Source: Ministeria vibrans ATCC 50519
Lineage: Eukaryota; Protista; Filasterea
DNA length: 43,120 bases
Direction: 5' to 3'
Assembly (NCBI GenBank): GCA_943704425.1
Contig: CALSCP010000086.1
Location: 1-43,120, forward strand
Below the pieces are notes generated by a model, which ran no database searches, was not told the origin of the DNA, and worked only from the letters and a program-made list of their open reading frames with translations. This document shows, one piece after another, positions 12,501 to 21,349 of this stretch. Each line of letters opens with the position of its first letter. The stretch's first letter is position 1. Both the position numbers and the translations under genes were made by a program.

Positions 12501-14831
12501 TAGAAGCCAATGGTGGGCATGTCGCGCGTGTCGATGGGCTGTGTGCTCGCAAGACGCGTCCCGGCCTGGTTGAAGTAGAGAAAGTTGCTGCCTTGCATCG
12601 GCCCGCATCCGCCCCCGCCGTTGGACGGGGCACCACCAATGGGTGTTTGCCACTTGGTTGCGTCAAGGTTGGTCGTGGTGAAGGTGTCGAAGAAACGCGT
12701 GGTGATGTGCGAGTGAAGCTCTAGGGGCACCGAGACAAGTTGACGCAGGCCTTGGAGTCCGCCAAACGCGAGAGCGGGACCCGCACCGCACACATCCGAC
12801 TTGAGAACACTGTTGGGTCGCGATGTCCAGTAGGCGTTAGTGACGCTTGAGGAGACGGCAAAATCCTCGATGATTTCAGAGAGGGGTCCAGCCGCGAGAC
12901 TGCCGCCTAGCACGACATTGTCAATTTGAAACCTGTCTGCAGTGGCGCTGCCAAAAAATGGCATTTCCCAGCGAAAGCGAATCGATGCGTGTCGCAGACG
13001 GTCGTCGATGAGGAAGGAGACGTGGCGGGACACAAGGAAGAGGGTGTAGGGAAAGTCACTGATGAGGTGCCAGGAGGCGCCGCCGTTGGTGGAGTACGAG
13101 AAGACGGGACGGTAGGCAATGTTGGGGGCGCCGCATGCACCGCCACCGTACTGCAAGAGAAATTGCAGGAAAACGGCATCGGTGGTGTCAAGATCACGCG
13201 TGGTCGCATGACGCACAGGATCGGATGAGGCGCCAAAGAAGAGGGTGTTTCCCGCGGCCATGGTGTTGCAAATGGCAACGGTGGTGCGCGCAGCGCCCGC
13301 GAGCGAGTCCCACACGTCGGTGCGAGGCTGATTTGTGTCGAAATCGTCTGAGAAAGCGCCCACCAGCGACGTGTTGTTGGTTGCGGGAACGCAGGCATTG
13401 TCGGCGACAACATACGAGTAGCCAGAGTCGCAGAGGCAGCCGCCGCCCTCGGCGGCGGTAAGGCAACGCCCGTGACCCGCGCACCCATTGGGACAGTTGG
13501 GTCCAAAGTAGAAGTGAGCCAGCGCAAACTTGTTGACGGACGAGAGGGGGTTGCTGACGGTAAAGTCTTGGCGGATGCGAAAGGACACTTGCTCGAGGGG
13601 AAAAAGCGGTGCATTGAGTTGGTAGGCAATGCGCCGCCATGCAGAGCCGTACTCGCTGAAGACAAAGCGGCTTTTGGCCTGGTAGCCCAGAGAGTAGTTG
13701 TTGACTGCGTCAAAGGTGGGTGTGTCGACGACGACGTTGCTGAAGGAGGCGCCTCGATCCGTCGAGTATTCGAGATAGATGTCGTTGTCGTTGTTAATGG
13801 CGGCGCTGTTGGTACAGCTGTCGCCCATGAACAGCTCAAATTGAATTGTGTAAGAGGGTGTGAGGGCGGTGCGTTGGGCGAGCGTCTCCGGTTGGCCGAA
13901 GATGCGCAGCTCATCAATGTACGCGTGAGTTTCCGTGTTGTCAAGCTGAATCCAGCGCAGCGACGTCTGTTGAGTGCGTGCAGCAAGGGGTAGCGTGTGC
14001 GAGATGGGCTGGTAGCCGAGGGTGAGGTCGACGTAGCCAAAGGTGGACCAGGCCGAGCCACCGTTGGTGCTGTACTGGATGGAGATGCCGTTGCCGGAGA
14101 CGCCAAGGGGCGCGTTCGAAGCGACGACGCCGCCGACAAAGTAAATGGCGGTGATAGAGTGAGCAAGCCGCAAATCGAGGTCGCGCGTTGTGATGTGGCC
14201 CTGGTCGCCCAGGGTCGTGGACAGACGGTAGGCGAGGGAGCGGGTGCCGGCAAGGGCAGTGACGAAGCCCCCAAGAGAGGTAAACCAGGTGGAGGAGGCA
14301 AGCGGGGAGGTGTTGAAGTCTTCGTAGAGCAAAGGTAATGGGGCGCGAAGCACTGACGAGACATTGAGGTTGGTGGTGGTGATTTCACGACGACCGCTGG
14401 TGCCCGAGAAGAGGACGGCGTCACGACCACACCAGGTTGACACTTGGCCATTGTCGGCGAACAACCAGTAGGGTTCGTTGAGAGAGGAAGCAGCAAAGGT
14501 GTCAGCAAACTCGACGGTGGACGCGCTTGGGCCGCCGATGTAGATGTTGTCGATGGACCAGGGACTGTCTGCATTCGTGATGGTGGGTTGTGTCCAGCGA
14601 AAGCGCACCGCGGCCTTTTGGGCGGTATCTGGAAGCGACGTGGACACAAAGAGCGCCACATTACTGGTGGTGGTGTGTGTCGTAAGGGTTATCCAGGCGA
14701 CGCCCGCGTCGACGCTGTACTGAACGAGGACATTGTCACCGCTCCTGAGTGTGCCACAGCCGGTGCCTGCACCGCCGCCCATCCGAATGTGGTACTGCAC
14801 GACAGCGGCGTCGCGTGTGTCGATGTCCTCA
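551..14831 (-). CDS. Giant receptor tyrosine kinase with Reelin-repeat ectodomain (single 14,281-nt exon, at least 4759 aa, 5'-incomplete)
   Basis: Uninterrupted ORF. The track's 'M' at 14800 is a GTG; the frame extends to a splice acceptor (ctttgtAG at 14833-14832, phase 2) reading EDIDTRDAAVVQYH, with an in-frame TGA upstream at 14846-14848. Order N to C: Reelin-like repeats, CGDGxC cysteine-rich motif, EGF x2, L-domain-like repeats, EGF/laminin-EGF/sushi/cbEGF stalk, ZU5-like, TM, Tyr-rich linker, TK (IGKGQFG, VAVKTL, HRDLAARN, DFG, LPIRWMAPE, SDVWSYG), stop TAA at 551-553. Confidence 0.93.
706..1507 (-). other. Protein tyrosine kinase domain of the giant RTK
   Basis: GKGQFG P-loop, VAVK Lys, alphaC Glu (FIAEAQ), TK-type catalytic loop HRDLAARN, DFG, KLPIRWMAPE, SDVWSYGV. 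All catalytic residues are present. Confidence 0.97.
2612..2680 (-). other. Single transmembrane helix of the RTK
   Basis: VGLYAGAAIGIILLALIVIFVVV followed by the basic stop-transfer RRNHR, giving type I topology. Confidence 0.93.
2722..3130 (-). other. ZU5-like membrane-proximal extracellular domain
   Basis: GTIDASGGVL...LEF..GAV...FRIEPSGTVF...VTVTI...LRHLS resembles the ZU5 pattern (GxxxxxGGxL...L.IP.GA...GP.G..F...HFS). Confidence 0.6.
3140..5270 (-). other. EGF / laminin-type EGF / sushi (CCP) / calcium-binding EGF stalk
   Basis: Many [14 protein letters not shown]..Y/FxCxC..G Notch-type EGFs. Laminin-EGF-like CTPCGCDTSAGATGTSCSSSGQCTCAPGW. Two sushi-like modules (CSYTCVAGY...C..W; CVQACDAGF...CMGGEW). 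Confidence 0.88.
3251..3716 (-). repeat. Two pairs of near-identical tandem EGF-coding duplications (117-bp and 114-bp units)
   Basis: [35 protein letters not shown] x2 (offset 117 nt) and [20 protein letters not shown][YH]TCTCTAGYTDAVCST x2 (offset 114 nt), with only a few nucleotide differences. Confidence 0.93.
5385..6097 (-). other. Receptor-L-domain-like beta-helix (about 8 repeats of ~25 aa)
   Basis: Cap CVVLRGPPLVI followed by repeats L..L..V.G.[LF].I..N (LSSLASVHGLDIRNN, LDALEEVVGDFLIESN, LGSLRNVTGSFVIDGN, LGALESVGGDLRVENN, ...), as in EGFR/insulin-receptor L domains. Confidence 0.8.
6430..14831 (-). other. Reelin-like repeat array (16 Asp-box subdomains, 5 Reelin-type EGFs)
   Basis: Recurrent T.D[LI]DT...[LV]QF.L..GC...L.YS.DGG.[TS]W...FRW.Q....WA[IL]D pattern, one copy with a degenerate Asp-box. 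EGFs of the form Cxx.C.GHG.C...C.CD.GY/F start at about 13495, 11854, 10207, 8617 and 6985. Confidence 0.9.
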
Positions 14832-14854
14832 CTACAAAGCAGGCGTCAATGCAC

Positions 14855-14888
14855 GTGTGTGTGTGTGTGTGTGTGGAGCATTGAGGAT

Positions 14889-14970
<82 letters not shown>
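14855..14970. repeat. (GT)n plus (GA)n microsatellites; probable assembly junction
   Basis: GT run 14855-14875 and GA run 14893-14970, lying between the EXPERA exon-3 donor and the RTK acceptor. Confidence 0.95.
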
Positions 14971-14975
<5 letters not shown>

Positions 14976-15004
14976 TGTAATAAATGGAGTGTGTTGCTCA
15001 GTAC

Positions 15005-15452
15005 CATAGGCCCAGAGCAGAGCGGGAATCCGGATCCAGGCACGCTCGTTCAGGATTGCATAGACGGCAACAAGGTAAAAGGGGGCATACAAGACGGGAG
15101 AGAACCACGCCATGGTGTTGTACCACACATTGTTGACATGCAACATCGGATCGACTGCAGTCGCCCACCAGAAGTACTAACACAAAGAGACAGTCAGACG
15201 GACGGCGTGCGGACGAATCGAATGCGTACATGGTCCCACACAAAGGATGGGGGGAACGGGAGTGCTTTGAGTTGCTCGAGCGTCGCATTGGCGGGTGCAA
15301 GCGACTGCGCGAGATCAATCATAATCGCGATCACGAAGAACACAGCAAAGCCTAATCAAAACAGAACAAGGTCAACTGCCCGATTCCCAACAGCAATATA
15401 TATGGCATTGAGGCGTACACAGGACAAGGAGAAGATCAAGGGAGCGCGCCAT
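15005..15452 (-). CDS. EXPERA-domain (EBP/TMEM97/TM6SF family) membrane protein, 5' exons only
   Basis: Exons 15452-15419, 15351-15230 and 15176-15005, with GT-AG introns in consistent phase, give MARSLDLLLVLCFAVFFVIAIMIDLAQ...HYFWWATAVDPML...WYNTMAWFSPVLYAPFYLVAVYAILNERAWIRIPALLWAY. The 'DP....W......PF....YA.....W.R.PAL' pattern is EXPERA-like. No 3' exons found. Confidence 0.75.
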
Positions 15453-15532
15453 TGTATAAAAGTGTGTGAAAGTAATATTTTTGTTTTGAGTGAAAATTTC
15501 AAAGTTCCAACACCTTTTTTTCTCCAAGATTG

Positions 15533-16924
15533 ATGTGCTCCCACATCACAGTAGGTTTGATATTTGCCCTCGTGGCTGGCTTGGCGATCCACGTCGTTGA
15601 TCATGTCGAACATGTACGAAAATTTCGAAATATCCGTTTCCATCATCGCTCTGTCGGCTGACACGCCGCGTAGCACAACACCGAGCCGTCCATGTACAGT
15701 TCGTTTGACTTGGACCCGACCAACGCCAAGAGGATAGCAGTGCGCGACGGCCTCCTGCTCCACTGCCAGGAGATCCCCTGCGCCGACCCCGCGCGCGTCC
15801 TTGTCTTCGTCCACGACGGCGGCGACCACAGCGGCCGCTACAAGCACCTTGCGTCCGAGTTCAAGCACACCGCCGCCGCCTACTTGTGCGATCTGCGTGG
15901 CCATGGACGCTCTCAGGGTCGTCGATTTTACGCTCTTTCGTATCAAGAGTACGTGAGTGACATTCACGCCATCATTCAACATGTCCGTCAGCGCCACGCT
16001 CGCGTTCCACGTACGCCTCTCCCTCAACGTGTAGTCCTCTCTCTCTTACACACGTTTCCTCCTCCTCCTCCTCTCTCTATCACTTTGTTTCTCTCTATCA
16101 CTTTGTTTCTCTCTATCACTTTGTTTCTCTCTATCACTTTGTTTCTCTCACTATCACTTTTGTTTCCCTCTCTTCTCTCTCTCTCTATCACTTTGTTTCT
16201 CTTTCTGTCTCTCTCTCTTTATCTCTTTCCCTCTCTCTATCCCTCTCTCTATCTATTATTTATCCATCAGTGACTCTGATTGGCCATGGAACTGGCGCTG
16301 TGCTTGCCACGCTTGCGGCCTTACCCAACAGCGACGCAGAGGGTGCCGACGCGACTCCATCGAGTCTGCTGCCCGACTCATTGATTCTCACATCACCATG
16401 TTTTGCCCAGGGCCGTCTGGGCATCATTCCGTATCAGTCGTTGCTGGCCGACGCCGTCTCCTTCCTCCTCCCCTACTTTGAACTTGAGGCTGTTCCCAGC
16501 TGTTTGCGCACCGCCAACAATCAAACCGACGCCCAGTTCGACAATGACAAGTATGTCTTTCACGGCAAAATTCCCGGTGCGATCAAACCTTCTCGCGTCG
16601 TATCCCAACTCATTATTATTGTTTTTTAACGCAGTGCGCACTGCCGTCGAGCTGCGCAACGCCGCGCTCGCGGCAAGTCGCGCCCTGTCATGGCTTCCCA
16701 TGCCTGTTTTGGTCCTGCACGGCGACGCCGACCGTCTGTGCAGCTTCGAGGCCTCCAAGGCGGTCGCCGAGTCGGCCGGTTTCTCCTTCACTACCCGCAC
16801 GCGCGGCTCTCGCATTCGCCTCTTTCTCTCTCTCGTCCAGGGTCCCCATGATCTCTGGCACTCCACGAAGGCCCGTGAGGTCTTTGATTCCATCGTCGAA
16901 TTCTTCTCTGCTCTTCCAACGTAA
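15533..16924 (+). CDS. Monoglyceride-lipase-like alpha/beta hydrolase (Hydrolase_4 type) with N-terminal hydrophobic segment; nucleophile Ser replaced by Gly
   Basis: Exons 15533-15613, 15674-16010, 16271-16576 and 16635-16924 are phase-consistent. Motifs VFVHD..DHSGRY, DLRGHGRSQG, LIGHGTG (elbow), PVLVLHGDADRLC, GPHDL. Confidence 0.85.
16073..16200 (+). repeat. 18-bp intronic minisatellite CTCTCTATCACTTTGTTT; degenerate copies elsewhere
   Basis: About 4 perfect tandem units plus degenerate ones. Related copies at about 17960-18050, 26575-26590, 35470-35500 (reverse complement) and 36680-36700 (reverse complement). Confidence 0.85.
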
Positions 16925-16968
16925 AATATACACATTGCATATTACATTTTTAAGTAATGAATCAGTAT

Positions 16969-19900
16969 CTACAACGCAATGGACAAACTTGCAAACCGGC
17001 GCTCAGTGGCTCCCGCCAAGGACCGCGAGTGTGCACATAGCCGTGTATGCATCTCACGCACCTTGACCCGCATAGCCGCACGTACACGCTCTTCCTCCTG
17101 CCTCGGTGGTGCACGCGTGCTCAGCATGTGCAACGCCGCACTCACAAGCACATCGACAAAACACACGTATTCATGACACGCAAGCGGATCACACTCGCCC
17201 GCACCGTGCGCCATCAACCGACGTACACACTCCTCATGCCCATTCGCTTGTGCCAGCCCTATCGCAGTCTCCCCATTCTTTCCTATCGCATGCGCATCCA
17301 CACCCGCATCAAGTAATAAAGACACTGCCAAGTACTGCCCCGACACACACGCCTGTCCAAAAATTTCCATTCAATATCATCATCATTTTGTTTGGTCTCC
17401 TCCGTTTTCTCTGTTTTTACCTCATGCAACGGAGTGAGGTCATCGTAGCAGCGCAAATGTACATTGGCCCCTTTGCCTAACAGGTCCTGCACACGCTTAG
17501 CGATGTGCTCCACCGGCGCCCGCGCAGGCTTCTTTTTGCACGCCAGCATCAACTGCGACTCGCCATACTGATTACACGCATTCACTCCCTTGCGCATTGC
17601 CTACATGTCATCACATCATCAACACCATTGTACACGTTGAAAGAGAGAACACGGCTTGTGTTTCACACCTTTGATGGGGTGTCGGGTGCAAACGTGCTTT
17701 TAGTCGCATCAGGCACATTTGTCCCGCTAGCACTCGTACTTGCTGTCGTACTTGTGCCGACTGTCGCCATCGTCCTGGACGGTGTGCGCTCCATATAAAA
17801 CGAAATCAGCTAAAACAACACAATGAGAAAGCGACAGATAAACGACCAAGACATATTCTTTCTACTCGAGTTTCTTTGCTTCGCCTCTCTATCGCTCTGT
17901 TTCTTTGCTTCGCCTCTTCATCGCTTTGTTTCTCCTCTCTCTCCATCGCTTTGCTTCTCTCTCTCTCTCTATCACTTTGTTTCTTTCTCCCTCCTCTCTC
18001 TCTCCCTACCACTTTGTTTCTTTCTCTCTCTCTATCACATTGTTTCTTTCTCCCTCCTCTCTCTCTCTCTATTTATGTCTTGTACCTTTTCGAGATGAAA
18101 GGGAACAGTCGCATTGTGTTGCGGGGCTGCACCGTACTCGGGCCCATCGAGAATGGCAGTGACGACGGCAGTGCGAAGGGACACCGATTCAATCGACTCA
18201 ATGGCAACAAAGAGCGCCAGAGAGAGCGGCACACGCTGGCGGAGATGCGCAAAGAGAGTCACAAAGCCGTGTTTGAGCTTGGGAAAGAAGACGTTGCGAC
18301 GAGCAGAGTAAAGTAGTGTGATGGTGCGATGAAGGAGACGTGTCAGGCGCACTGAATCTCGGTCCATCACCTCATGCGCCTCAGTCCAGCGGTTGCGTGT
18401 GCTCAGCCGAACCGGACAGCACTCTTGTGCCACATCTTGTAGTGCATTTAGAATGTTTTGCACAGTTGCGTCGAGTCGTCCTTCCATTTTGTGCACGTCC
18501 AACACCTGTCGCATTAATGGTCCTTCCTTGTTGTTGCTACTGCTACTGCTGTTGTTATTGTTGCTACTGTTGCTACTACCGGCACTGCGCCTTTGCACAG
18601 GCGCTCGCGCGTCGCTCTCCAAGTCCGCCACAAACATCTCCAGAGCCAACAGACCCTGAACACGACTTAGCTCCGCTTTGCGCGATGCTACTGCAATCTG
18701 TTGCATCTCACGCTCGACTGCCGTCGACTTGGCTGTTGCTGCTGCTGCTGCAGCAGCTGCCACTGATGTCGCCAAAAAGGTCGCGGGCGTTGCCTCTGCG
18801 TCATCGTCTCCTTCGTCGTCAGCATCGTCTTCGTCCTCCTCCAGGTATCCACTTTGCTTCTTCGTCGTGGTCGCCACACACTGTGCGGGTCGTGCAGTGC
18901 CGTCACGCTGTCGACCCACCGCCAGGTACACGGCAATATCGACAAGCTTCCAGCCACACTGCCGCCGGCTCGCCTCGCTCACCCGCTTCGCATGGACAGA
19001 AGACGCACTACCACCACCACCACCACCGCTACCGCGCTCAGGCGACCCCATCAAATCATCGTCTGAGCCAGGTCTGTAGGCCAGGGCACTGCACTGGCTC
19101 ACTGTGCCCTCGTCCAGATCCCACGCGCGCAAACAACCAAGCACATGTGTTGCAAGAGACATGTGACTCGCTGCCTCGTCTAGCGCTGCCAAGTCGTCCA
19201 GACGATGCACTCGCTGCAAGACCACCTTGACAACCAGCAGCCAGCTGACTCGCGGCGTGGGTCTGCGTTGAGCACTCGCCATGCCCCGCAGCAACGACAG
19301 CGAGTGTTCAAACCGTTGACTCATCGACAGATCCACGACGGTCTCCACTTCGTTGTCCCGAAACCTTCGGATGATGGCTGACGGTGCGTTGTCTCGCGGC
19401 AGCGCGCAGTAGGGAGCCACGGCCAACAAACGCGGTACGGCTACCGCTGCAGAGACACTTTCTGCCGCATCACGAGTACCAACGGATGATGTTTGCCGCG
19501 CAAATGGAATGATGCGCCACGGCTCGCCACCACTCTGACCATTGGTGGGGGTTTCAGCAAACCCACCAGGGTCTGTAGTAACAGTAAGATTACGTGCACA
19601 CGATGAATTCCGTTTCAGCGACGATGTGACCTTCTGCTGTTTTAGTGGTGGTGTCTCGCCAGACGTTGCCTCGTGTTGCTGCGACTCGCTCAAGCGTCGT
19701 TTCGGAGCTTTGCGCGGCGACGGTGACGACAGCGAATCCGACAGCCAGGCCAACCGCCAGTGTTCAGCCGAGGATTTCACATCAAGCAAGCGTTGTACAA
19801 TGTAGGCCGTCGCAAGAAAGTCTACCTGCTTGAGGGCGCGTCGTTCGCAGTCTGCATACAAAGTGCAAACTTCGGCCTGCAACGACCCGTCCGCAGCCAT

Positions 19901-20683
19901 GTCGCAAAATACATGGGTGACATCATCGGGAATGCTGGTCAGTGGTACCTCGGCGGTTACAGGCACGACGGTTGCGCCACCAGCGCAAAGTAGTCTACAC
20001 AAAAAAACAGAAATTGGAAAATATGATCATTCCACCAACCTCTTGCACACCACAACACTATTGGCAAGCGCGCCATTCCTCTCACGCGAACCTACCTCGA
20101 GAACATTTGGATGCGTTGAGCGCTGTTGTGCAGCACAATCACCTTCCAGTTATAAAACACCGGCGGCTGCTGCTGCTGGTCGTGCGGTTGGCGGTTGGGT
20201 CTGCGTCGGCGAAGTGCAGGCAAGGCATAGAGCGACCGTTGGGTTGCGTTGGTCGCCTGGCTCGCCGGTACATCGGCCTCGGACCATTCGTGGTCACTCT
20301 CGCGTGCCCAGCCAGTCTGCGAAGCCTTGCAAGCCTCGACAAACGACGGTTTCAACACCCATATGCCTAAAGAGAGGCGGAATTTGAACGGTGAAAAAAA
20401 CTCGCAAAATGATCGGATGCGCCCACCTTGCGCACAGGCACACAGGAACTTCTCGTCGAGCTTGGGACCGGCGGAAATAAGATGCGTACACGTATCGAGA
20501 AGGTACTGAGTCGCAACGACACAGATATGTCCATTAGAAGCGGATGTGCGGGTGTTTGAAACATGCACGTACCGACTCCTTTTCATGCGGAATGTCGAGC
20601 GCCTTCAAATCGTGGTGGACCTGCACCTTCTGATCTGCCGAGAACGCACATATCTGTACTACGGCAAGACTCTTGCCACTCAT
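16969..20683 (-). CDS. SLF1: SLF1/ANKRD32-like protein (tandem N-terminal BRCT, C-terminal ankyrin repeats)
   Basis: Seven phase-consistent exons: 20683-20573, 20505-20427, 20366-20096, 19994-18086, 17809-17669, 17600-17421, 17352-16969. BRCT: CTHLI....DEKFLCACAQGIWVLKPSFV...W and FYNWKVIV...RLLCAGGATV. ANK: NQYGESQLMLAC, DDLTPLHEAC, NGETAIGLA. Architecture matches SLF1. Confidence 0.8.
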
Positions 20684-20707
20684 GGCGGTCAAATAAAAAA
20701 TAATAAA

Positions 20708-20847
20708 ATAATAGGAATAAATGAAGTCGAAAAGTTTACTCAAAAAGGAGAGAGAGAGAGAGAAATAACCCTAATAAAATAATAATAGAAGAAGAAATAA
20801 ATTAATAATAATAGGAATAAATGAAGTCGAAAAGTTTACTCAAAAAG
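20708..20847 (+). repeat. Two direct copies of a 40-bp element (20708-20747, 20808-20847); third copy inverted at 36085-36124
   Basis: ATAATAGGAATAAATGAAGTCGAAAAGTTTACTCAAAAAG is identical in all three copies. Confidence 0.92.
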
Positions 20848-21265
20848 TAATAAATATAATCAGACAAAGTGTAAACTTGTCAAACGAATAATGCTTGCCT
20901 CTTGCTTGGTTCGGAGTCGTCCCGCGCCGTGCTCTTGTCGTTGCTACTATACGTATACTCTCACACATGATCCTTTTATAAACTCTCACACATACATGCA
21001 TACACACACGCTCAATTTTTTCTCCCCTCAACTTTTTGACTCCTTAATATTATTATTGAATTTGGCGCTCTTTTGATCTCAACGGTGCCAGGAGTGCTTT
21101 GTGGTCACCCAACGCGCTCTGCAAGATGTGCCATTCTACCGTCTTTTTCATTGCAGCACGTTCCAATACACTGCGCTCAATCAACTGTGTCGATATCTGT
21201 CCCAGTTCCACATTCGAGTGTCAGTCATAAGTGCGTCTTATTTTTCAATGTATTTGAATCAAGAG

Positions 21266-21267
<2 letters not shown>

Positions 21268-21327
<60 letters not shown>
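21268..21327. repeat. (CA)n microsatellite
   Basis: Perfect CA run just downstream of the AUH stop codon. Confidence 0.95.
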
Positions 21328-21329
<2 letters not shown>

Positions 21330-21349
21330 TTTTACACTACACACTGGTC

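Noticed and set aside
6430-14831. Calling the gene RELN or a sialidase/BNR glycosidase
   Set aside because: It has a TM and kinase, no basic Reelin C-terminal tail and a different repeat unit. The Asp-boxes sit one per Reelin-type subdomain, not in a sialidase propeller.
564-14884. Numerous overlapping antisense and alternative-frame ORFs (e.g. 6287-7531 +, 12907-14661 -)
   Set aside because: Shadow ORFs of GC-rich coding sequence with no recognisable motifs. The same applies to ORFs overlapping ITPR and KIF21.
14800-15452. EXPERA-Reelin-RTK fusion gene, or a start codon at 14800
   Set aside because: Donor phase 1 and acceptor phase 2 are incompatible and no alternative in-phase site was seen. 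The codon at 14800 is GTG in mid-domain with no signal peptide.
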